Below are positions 46,240 to 54,173 of a stretch of DNA of 64,000 bases, piece by piece. The notes beneath the pieces were generated by a model that was given only the letters and a program-made list of their open reading frames with translations, searched no databases and had not been told where the DNA came from. The first letter of the stretch is position 1. Every line of letters begins with the position of its first letter. Position numbers and translations under genes: made by a program. The DNA is from Trueperaceae bacterium (GTDB lineage: Bacteria; Deinococcota; Deinococci; Deinococcales; Trueperaceae), in assembly GCA_965223045.1 (NCBI GenBank), contig CBDCVN010000013.1:4167840-4231839 (forward strand), read 5' to 3'.

Positions 46240-46752
46240 GTGGAAAGTTTTATTAGGAAGTTTGTCAGGTTAGGTTTTGTAGGTACAGTTGTTTTTGTTC
46301 TTTCAAGTCCTCTAGCACTAGCTCAAGGAAGGGAAGGAATCTGGGTAACGGGACGTGATGGTTTTGCAGGAGATTCACCTGTGTGGGGTGGAACTGATAA
46401 TCAACAAGATATTTTTGTATGTAGAGCTGAACACAATGGAGAGCTAATCCCTGGTAAATTACATACAAATTACCAGAAGTGCTATGTTGCATATGGTCAC
46501 AAGGAGCATGAATACTCTAGGTATTCTGTTTTACAGCAAGGTGGGTATTGGTGGGAACCATTGACGGGTGCTATACCTAGTAATGCAGTTATCGGTGGCA
46601 GTGATAAGGGAGAACCGCTTTTTATATGTATTAGTATTGTGGATGGTGAGTGGACAACAGGAAAATACCTTGAGTCTCATGATGTGTGTTACTCGCCTTG
46701 GGGTGGAGAGGAACATTCTAATCGCGAATTGTACATCTTAGTCTATCAGTAA
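46240..46752 (+). CDS. Secreted protein with two DM9/DUF3421-like repeats
   Basis: Signal peptide, then two repeats of the pattern W..GG.D....+F+CR......PGK.....C...+G..E (GTG start). Confidence 0.55.
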   Translation: MESFIRKFVRLGFVGTVVFVLSSPLALAQGREGIWVTGRDGFAGDSPVWGGTDNQQDIFVCRAEHNGELIPGKLHTNYQKCYVAYGHKEHEYSRYSVLQQGGYWWEPLTGAIPSNAVIGGSDKGEPLFICISIVDGEWTTGKYLESHDVCYSPWGGEEHSNRELYILVYQ

Positions 46753-46813
46753 GAGGATTTAAGGGGCAATAGTTTGATAAATTATTAATTTGAATGTTTT
46801 TAACAATAGAGTT

Positions 46814-46829
46814 ATCCCAACTTTTATAG
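46814..46829. repeat. Cassette-boundary repeat R6, left arm only, cut by the IS701-family element
   Basis: ATCCCAACTTTTATAG immediately abuts the IS inverted repeat at 46830. Confidence 0.55.
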
Positions 46830-48359
46830 TATTACAGCGCAATGTCATGGAATATAACTCCTAGACAATATAGCAAGAGTACGTTTTCGATGCGAAGCAT
46901 AAGCAGTATAATTTCTGCGCTGATAGTAACGAATTAGATTTAGTGATTGAGCTATTGTCAATCTAGGTAACGGTATTGCTGCCTTGAGCAGCACTCTTGC
47001 CTGTGGCAAAGTTAAAGCTGGAGACTTTTCTCCTAACATTAAACGCATCCTCACCAGAAAATGATGTGCTAGACAAGTTAATAGTATATGGTGATGCCAA
47101 CCTAAGTAGCTTCTAGTTTCGTAGTGATCAAGCCCCAGTTCTTCTTTTGATTCCTCAAACGATGTTTCTATCGGCCATCTCATTCCACTTAGCCACACTA
47201 ATGTTTCTAGGCTGACTTCTTCTGAGTCATTGCACAAATAATAGCTTATCTCTCTTTTCTCATTTAGGTTACGCCGAATTACCAACCACAGTTCCACTGG
47301 CTCTTCTTCTCCCCTTGTTTCCCATATTCGCTCAAAGGCAAATTCACATACTATTGGCCCTTTACTTCCTTCTTTCACTACATGTTTACTCCATTTTTCT
47401 GCTTCTATTTCCTTTGCTAACTCATCTATCCGTATTGATTCAATATTTGCCCTTGCTAGTTTCGGCTTCCTTCCCCTACCTTTATATTCAGGTACCTTGA
47501 CCTCTGGCTTCTCCTTGTATACCTGCGTATCGCAAGATACTGCTGTAAAGTACTTTTTTCCTAATTCAGCTACTCCATCTCTAAACTCGATATTATTTCC
47601 ATACAATGCATCTGCTAGCACATATTCAAAGCTCAAACGCCCTCTCTCTTCTGTCTTTTTTATCATTCCTAACGCTATTTCTGGTTTGGTTCTAAATTCT
47701 AGATCCTTTGGCACTCCACATTCTTCCCTTTTTTGTTCATGCTCTTTATCAAACCATTGTTCTGGTAAGTACAACTGCCCTTCTGTTAAGGTATGTCCTT
47801 TGTTACTGGCATACCCTAGGTATACTCCTACTTGACTGTTCTCCACTTTTCCTACTGATCCACAATATTGCCTTGCTACTCCTACTGAGCTTTTTCCTTG
47901 TTTTACATTCCCTGATTCATCAACTATCAGTACTCCATCATTACCTAAACTTTCTGCAATAAGTTTTTGATGCGTGTCAATCACAGGTTCTAACTGCCAA
48001 GGGCTTTGTCCTACAAAGTTTTGCATGCTACGGACATTCAGTCCTATTGATAGTGCCATTGCTTCTATATTTTTTCGATCAAGGTTGCTTAACAAACCTT
48101 TTAGATAATGTCCTGTCCAGATCAAACTTTCAGGTCGTTTAAATGCTTCTTCAAACTCTGCTACGTATTCTTTGAGTTCTTTTGCTAGCGCTTCTATATC
48201 TGCTTCAACTAAGTTGCATTCTGGAGGACTTAAATTTACGGCCTCTTCTAATATTTCATTGTGTGCTTTATAAATGTTTTTCATAGCCTTAATTTATTAT
48301 TCACACTCGCACTTTTTTCGCACTTCCCCTTACTTAATATGCAACATTGCGCTGTAATA
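46830..48359 (-). mobile_element. IS701-family insertion sequence
   Basis: Perfect 16-bp terminal inverted repeats TATTACAGCGCAATGT (46830-46845) / ACATTGCGCTGTAATA (48344-48359). Confidence 0.8.
46845..48284 (-). CDS. IS701-family transposase (479 aa)
   Basis: N-terminal region ...WTGHYLKGLLSNLDRKNIEAMA...SMQNFVGQSPW and a DDE domain (LIVDESG...LADALYG...FEESKEELGLDHYE). Confidence 0.85.
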   Translation of the reverse strand: MKNIYKAHNEILEEAVNLSPPECNLVEADIEALAKELKEYVAEFEEAFKRPESLIWTGHYLKGLLSNLDRKNIEAMALSIGLNVRSMQNFVGQSPWQLEPVIDTHQKLIAESLGNDGVLIVDESGNVKQGKSSVGVARQYCGSVGKVENSQVGVYLGYASNKGHTLTEGQLYLPEQWFDKEHEQKREECGVPKDLEFRTKPEIALGMIKKTEERGRLSFEYVLADALYGNNIEFRDGVAELGKKYFTAVSCDTQVYKEKPEVKVPEYKGRGRKPKLARANIESIRIDELAKEIEAEKWSKHVVKEGSKGPIVCEFAFERIWETRGEEEPVELWLVIRRNLNEKREISYYLCNDSEEVSLETLVWLSGMRWPIETSFEESKEELGLDHYETRSYLGWHHHILLTCLAHHFLVRMRLMLGEKSPALTLPQARVLLKAAIPLPRLTIAQSLNLIRYYQRRNYTAYASHRKRTLAILSRSYIP

Positions 48360-48716
48360 TTACATACCCCTTATTTTTAACTTCACCTATTAAATCTACA
48401 AACCCTAAAATATCTGTGCTTTGCCTAACTTCCTCAACATAATTATTTGTCTTCAATAATCTGATTATATGTTTCCTGATCAATTAGTATACAAATTCGT
48501 TTACTTTCTCGCTGCTCAAGATCTTGTTTTTCCCTTTGACATTCTCTATTCTTGTGTTGAGGTGTTTCTTGGTCCATATCATGTATAACACCTCATTTTG
48601 CTCCCTTTTTTCAATAGCCACAGAATTAGTTAGAATTTGATCACTACATTTAGATGAAAGCCTTATTAAGGCACTATCAAAACAAGGCTTGTTAGCACTT
48701 GCTATCGGTGATACTA

Positions 48717-48972
48717 GGGCGTGTGGACACCTAGAGTGTGAAATCAAAAACGCTACTCTTAAATACCTTGGATAATCCTGATGCTGACGCATAAGCTCCT
48801 CTGCAATCTGGTAAAGATTATGTGGTTAACAACTAAAGCTTCTCGCAAATATAGGCTATCCTGCAATTTTTTTTGGAATTCACATTTTCTAACAGATAGC
48901 TGTCCTGAGACTGGCTAGTTTGGTTTTGATATCTAATGCGTGCAATTTCTGATTTGTCATATCCACATGCCC
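48717..48972 (+). mobile_element. 256-bp MITE, copy E
   Basis: Full-length with TA flanks. The right flank reads TAT rather than TAG, which argues for a 2-bp TA duplication. Confidence 0.85.
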
Positions 48973-49103
48973 TATTACTACTATTAAAAGTCCAAAAGAT
49001 TTTGAGTGGAAGGCATTTTAGAGTTTTTGTAGAGAATATAGCACTAATAAAAGCAGAACTTACAGCTCTAAGCCATCAACTCTGTTAGTATATACCTTCT
49101 TGG

Positions 49104-52100
49104 TCAGTTTTCCTCTTTTGGTAATTTCATAGAATCACTTATTTCTAGCTCTATACCTGCTTCAGAAAAGTGATCCCATATATGGCTCCAAATTTCGTTT
49201 CTTATTTCATATCGACGATGATAGTCATCTACATGCCAGCGAGGCCAGTACTCCATAACTACTGTGTCTTCCAATTGCTTTTGCCCAACTAGGAGAGTAT
49301 TTTTTGCTTTCTCTGCCATAATTGAGGGGCATTTTGCTAAAGACTGATTTGCTAAAGAGATGATTTTTTGAGGGTCATGATCAGCTGAAACATATATAGA
49401 AATGTAATCTTCAGCTATGGAATCTTTGGTGTAGTTAATAATGTTTGATTCAGTAACTTGGCTATTAGGTATGTTTATATGGTAGTTAAAAGGATCAATA
49501 AATCTAGTAGTGCGCCATGTCATACCAATAACCTTTGATACAGGGGAATCACCAACTTGAACTACATCCCCTATTTTAAAGGGGCGTTCTATAAAAATCA
49601 TGATTCCTCCTAATATGTTAGCAAGGGTTTCCCTAGCAGCCATTGCCAAAGCCAACCCACCTATACCAAGGCCTGCTACAAGTGTCCCTATCTTAAATCC
49701 TAGGCTGCTTAAGACTACAAAAAAGGCTGTTGTCCAGATTACTAACTTAAAAAACACTAATAGGAAAGAAATACCAAATAGAAGATGTAAATGCTCTTGA
49801 TTGTTCAGCGATCTGTTTTTTACTACTCGATGCATGAAAAAATTAGCTAGCCATATAATTAATCTTGCAGCTAGCAAGATACTTATAACTTTTACCAGAT
49901 CTCTTGCTACTTTCTGGCGACGAATTTTATAGCGATCTGCTCTTAGTACACCAATTTCACCTTCTTCAAAGCGTAGTTTTTCCGTAGCTGTTTTAGGTTT
50001 TTCCTCTAGCCCAGAATCACTTTCAGCATGACCCAAGAGGTACTCAATCCGGCGTTTAAGGGTCGCAGATTGAGCATCTAAAGCTCCAAGCTTATCTTGA
50101 TAATCACCAACTTCTGCATTAATGCCAGAAGGAGTGAGCTTCTGTCCAAAAAGATTAAGCCATTTGTCAGTAGCCACAATTTGGACATGCTTTTCAAAAA
50201 GAGTTTGTGTTACCTTAGCAATGAAATCTATTTTAGCTTCTTCTGGTATAGGTACTGGGGTAGCAAGGTGACGTCCAGTTCTTGCCTCATAGTTGCCAAG
50301 TAGTTCTTCAGCTTTTTCAGGTACTAGCTGAGCACGAATTTTTAACCATTCGTCATCATTTTCACTTGCTAACTGGGTCTTTTGGTCTCTAAGCAAAGTT
50401 AGTAGTTCAGCAGTAACTACTTTTTCCTCTTCAGCAAGTTCAATTAGGCGTTCAGATGCTTCTCTTTGTTTTTGTAGGTTTTCTTTCTTGCTCTCTAATA
50501 ATACCAGCTCTAGGTAATAACTTCCTAAGGTATTACTCAGTTCCTGAGCTTCTTCTGAGGGAATCCAATTAAGTATTGCATCTATTTGACTGTCTTCTGA
50601 GATTAGGTGGCGGATAGCTGTACGTCTTAAGCTTTGTAACTCAGCTTCAGAGTAGTCTTCTATCTCTAGTGCAAACTCACCTTCTAAAGAAGTTAAAACT
50701 GCCAAGGAATCAAGTCTAGTGCTAAATAACCTTTCTATACTACTTAAGTGCTCCTGTATCTTTTCTAAGGTTTGGTCTTGCTTAGTTAGTTTTTCAATTT
50801 GTTCCTTAATCTCTATCTGATCACGTAAGAATTTATCTAAATCAACCTCAAGTTCATCAATAAACGTTCGCTTTAGAACTTTAGTAATCCCACTAGGGAT
50901 TTCGTTATTGACAAGCTGACCGCGCCCTAAGCGTTTTTTTAACTCTACGGCACTGGTATAATGTTGCAGGGCAAGTCCTCTAGTTGTTGAAAGTAAGGCT
51001 ATATGTTCATCAAATTTTTCACCTAAAGTTCTTAAAGCTTCTAAAAATTCCTTGCGATGTTTTTGTTGCTCTTCTATAATTCTTACTCGAGTCGACAATA
51101 AATTTTGATAACCCTCCACACCATTAAAACCCGCTTGATTTGAAGAGGATAATGTATCTTTAGTTTCTGAATCAAAACTTTCTTCTTGAGTTAGCAAGTC
51201 TAAGGCAGCAAATTCGTAGAGTGTTTCTAGAAATTCTTGCTTTTGGTCAAGATTTTCTTGCTCGGCTAAGCGAAGTAAGGGATCTCTCAAGATTTCTAAC
51301 TTTTGTTGTAAACCCTCAATGTTTTCTTGAGCAAGTTGTAACTCTTCAAACTGTCCTAGTAAAGCCACCTGATTGTTTTCTAATTGCTGAGTACTTTGGC
51401 TAAAGTGCTCCAATAATTGTTTTGCTGTAAAACTCTTAAGCTCACTTTCCCATTCTTGGGTTTGTAAAGCAGTTTCATAAGCTTTTTGTAAAGCCAAGAG
51501 TATTTCTTCTGTTTCTTGTTGGGCTTTCCCAGCCACACTTATTTTCTCATCTATTTGGGCAAGCTGTTCTTTAGCTTGTTCTGTAACAGCAATGGCTTTG
51601 GACATAAACTCAGTTGTAGTTTCGCCAGCAGCTACTAAGTTATCTAAATGACTATCTTCTGATAAATCATCCTGCTGGGTTTCGCCATTAACAGTAGATT
51701 CCCCTAGGATAGTTGCTATTACCTGCATTTTAAAAAGATGCTCAGTTAAGATTCGAGCGTCCCCCTCAAAAACATTGCCATCTGTAACAAGGTTTTGTAA
51801 GGCAACTTTTAGTGTCCTAAGCTTTTGACCGTGTTGGTTGTGATAATCTATTAACTCTTTGGCTACTTCAATATTTTCCTTAGCTTCTGCATCAGAAGTT
51901 ACTTGAGGCACTTCTGAGGGTACTAGTTGCTCAAGCTCCTGTTGCAAACTCAAAACTCTGGCTTGGCTACTGTTAAATTGGCGGTAGGATAAATCAAAGG
52001 TGCCTTTTAGCCAAACCCTTTCTTCTTGCCACTGAGAAATTTGGCTAAGGAGTTCTTTTAGTGTTTGCTTAGTGTATTCTTGCTCGAGTTGTTGTTTCTG

Positions 52101-52853
52101 TAGTTGCCGCTCATATGTCTCCTGAATAGAGATGTATTGTGCCTCTGCTTCAATAATGGTGTTTCTGACATCTTCAATCTCTAAAATAGTTTTATCTAGC
52201 TCTCGCTGTGCATTAACAGACTCCCGCTTTAGACTTCTTAGTTTTGCAACAGTGCTTCTTTCTAGCCTTGTTAAACTTATTTCTTCAAATGAGTGGGGTA
52301 CTTGCTCGAGAGGCAAAGTCTTGTCATTAACACGCAGAGATATCTCTAGTAGGAATGAATCCATCTCTTCAACAGCTTTTACAAGACTTTGTGCTGCTAA
52401 CTCAGCTTGTTGTATATTATCAATGTATTTATCTAGGAACTCTTTCTTAGTAGATACTAACTCCAACTTATCATTCAAAGCGTTAAACTTGTCTTGGGCC
52501 TGATCTAAAGCCAGTTGAGCAGACTCTGCAGAAGATGTGTCTACCAAGGGATAATCTGGTATATCTAAAACCTCTATGTTCTGACGAGTTTCTTCAAGAC
52601 GGGTTTCGCTGGTTATTAAATTTCTAGTCTGTCTTAAAAATGCATCATTGGCCTGATCTAAGATAGTTTGAGCTTGTTCTAACAACTCTGAGTTACTTAG
52701 AGTATAAAGCTCAGAAAGTATAACCTCAGCTCCTGCTGTTTCAACACTTTCAGATAATGCTATTAAAATAATATTTAGTAATAATAGAATTGATATAAGC
52801 TTGTTAGCATTGAGGAAAGGTCCTCCACAAATAGTACTACAGAGGGGTTTCAT
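49104..52853 (-). CDS. MscK/KefA-like mechanosensitive channel with a long coiled-coil N-terminal domain
   Basis: C-terminal MscS core (ETLANILGGIMIFIERPFKIGDVV). About 900 aa of Q/E/L-rich coiled coil after a signal anchor. The ORF is open to 52901, but those first codons are IS-end sequence. Confidence 0.85.
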   Translation of the reverse strand: MKPLCSTICGGPFLNANKLISILLLLNIILIALSESVETAGAEVILSELYTLSNSELLEQAQTILDQANDAFLRQTRNLITSETRLEETRQNIEVLDIPDYPLVDTSSAESAQLALDQAQDKFNALNDKLELVSTKKEFLDKYIDNIQQAELAAQSLVKAVEEMDSFLLEISLRVNDKTLPLEQVPHSFEEISLTRLERSTVAKLRSLKRESVNAQRELDKTILEIEDVRNTIIEAEAQYISIQETYERQLQKQQLEQEYTKQTLKELLSQISQWQEERVWLKGTFDLSYRQFNSSQARVLSLQQELEQLVPSEVPQVTSDAEAKENIEVAKELIDYHNQHGQKLRTLKVALQNLVTDGNVFEGDARILTEHLFKMQVIATILGESTVNGETQQDDLSEDSHLDNLVAAGETTTEFMSKAIAVTEQAKEQLAQIDEKISVAGKAQQETEEILLALQKAYETALQTQEWESELKSFTAKQLLEHFSQSTQQLENNQVALLGQFEELQLAQENIEGLQQKLEILRDPLLRLAEQENLDQKQEFLETLYEFAALDLLTQEESFDSETKDTLSSSNQAGFNGVEGYQNLLSTRVRIIEEQQKHRKEFLEALRTLGEKFDEHIALLSTTRGLALQHYTSAVELKKRLGRGQLVNNEIPSGITKVLKRTFIDELEVDLDKFLRDQIEIKEQIEKLTKQDQTLEKIQEHLSSIERLFSTRLDSLAVLTSLEGEFALEIEDYSEAELQSLRRTAIRHLISEDSQIDAILNWIPSEEAQELSNTLGSYYLELVLLESKKENLQKQREASERLIELAEEEKVVTAELLTLLRDQKTQLASENDDEWLKIRAQLVPEKAEELLGNYEARTGRHLATPVPIPEEAKIDFIAKVTQTLFEKHVQIVATDKWLNLFGQKLTPSGINAEVGDYQDKLGALDAQSATLKRRIEYLLGHAESDSGLEEKPKTATEKLRFEEGEIGVLRADRYKIRRQKVARDLVKVISILLAARLIIWLANFFMHRVVKNRSLNNQEHLHLLFGISFLLVFFKLVIWTTAFFVVLSSLGFKIGTLVAGLGIGGLALAMAARETLANILGGIMIFIERPFKIGDVVQVGDSPVSKVIGMTWRTTRFIDPFNYHINIPNSQVTESNIINYTKDSIAEDYISIYVSADHDPQKIISLANQSLAKCPSIMAEKAKNTLLVGQKQLEDTVVMEYWPRWHVDDYHRRYEIRNEIWSHIWDHFSEAGIELEISDSMKLPKEEN

Positions 52854-52876
52854 AAAAACATTATAACTCTTTGCTT

Positions 52877-52894
52877 TAGAGGGTGTTTGGAAAT
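52877..52894 (+). repeat. Solo copy of the IS5-family terminal repeat (TA plus GAGGGTGTTTGGAAAT)
   Basis: 18/18 identical to the left end of the IS at 30109-30126. No similarity continues beyond it. Confidence 0.7.
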
Positions 52895-53441
52895 GGCTCA
52901 TGATGGATTCCTGGGGCTTAGTTTACAAAAATATACGCTTAGCTCCCTGTTGAACAAGGATATTCTCAAGTTAGCCTTAAATTTCATCTGATCAATGTTT
53001 TAAGTGTACTGTACAAAGTTATTGCAAATATTGAAAATTCAGGCCCTTAAAACACATCAAAAGCCTATTCCTAAGCAGAGTTCAGGGAGCAAGGTAAGGG
53101 AAGGGCACTTGTCATTAAAGCAGTGTTGTAGGGGTTCTGAACCCCTACGATCGATACTTATAAATAAGTTCTGTGACTAAATGCTGGGGGCTTGGTAACA
53201 CATTTGGGGTCATTTGCAGGACGCAGAGCGTCCAAGGTATGTATTCCCAAGCAGAGCTTAAGGTGATCATCCCAGTTGTATAGGACTCTGGTAGCTTTCC
53301 TAGTTACTTTTGATGTTGATTTGCTTGACAATTATATACGTGCTGTTTTGCTCGTACACCAAGGTAATTGTAGCATAGTAAAGTTTTTAGGCAAACTGGC
53401 AGTTATAATGTTTTGATGGAAAGTGATTTGAGGAAATTAAT

Positions 53442-54161
53442 ATGCCTGTGATTTTACAAAACAAGCCCTTATCAACTATAGTGCCTAATAACAAAGTTCC
53501 TATTTTGCAAAATGGTGATAAGCTCAGCCATAATACATTTATGCAACGTTATGAGGCAATGTCTAGTATAAAAGCTGAACGCATAGAAGGAGCTGTTTAT
53601 ATGGCTTCACCAGTAAGAGCTAATTTACATGGTGATCCCCACAGTCGAGCTATAACTTGGCTTGGTTACTATAAGGCCTTTACTGTCCATGTTAGTTTAT
53701 TTGATAACAGCACAGTACACCTTGATATTGATAATGATCCCCAGCCAGACGCAATCTTGAGCTTTGCAACAGAGGTGGGAGGACAATCTCACATTAATGA
53801 AAAAGACTATATAGTGGGTGCACCTGAACTTATAGTGGAAATTGCTGCTAGTACAGCCTCTTATGACTTGCATGATAAGTTAAATGTTTATAGGCGTAAT
53901 GGTGTGAAAGAATACCTTGTATGGCGGGTGTATGACAAGGCTTTTGATTGGTTTGTTCTTGATAAGGGAGAATATCACCAGCTTTTGCCTAATAGTGAGG
54001 GTTTATTACAAAGCACAGTATTTATGGGTTTGTGGCTTGATGTTGAAGCTCTTTTAAGTGGTAATCTTGCCAAGGTTATTGAAACTGTTAGTGCAGGGGT
54101 GCAAAGTTTAGAGCATCAAAGCTTTGTTGCTGGGCTCGAGCAAAAAAATAAAACACTATAA
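53442..54161 (+). CDS. Uma2-family (DUF820) putative endonuclease
   Basis: ERIEGAVYMASP...PQPDAILSF...APELIVEIAASTASYDLHDKLNVYRRNGVKEYLVW pattern. Confidence 0.8.
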   Translation: MPVILQNKPLSTIVPNNKVPILQNGDKLSHNTFMQRYEAMSSIKAERIEGAVYMASPVRANLHGDPHSRAITWLGYYKAFTVHVSLFDNSTVHLDIDNDPQPDAILSFATEVGGQSHINEKDYIVGAPELIVEIAASTASYDLHDKLNVYRRNGVKEYLVWRVYDKAFDWFVLDKGEYHQLLPNSEGLLQSTVFMGLWLDVEALLSGNLAKVIETVSAGVQSLEHQSFVAGLEQKNKTL

Positions 54162-54173
54162 AACCCGCGAATA

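Noticed and set aside
53130-53165. The hairpin GTAGGGGTTCTGAACCCCTAC in the 540-bp non-coding region upstream of the channel gene was considered as a tRNA-like or small RNA element.
   Set aside because: No cloverleaf or conserved tRNA boxes could be built around it, and there is no second copy in the window. Left unannotated.
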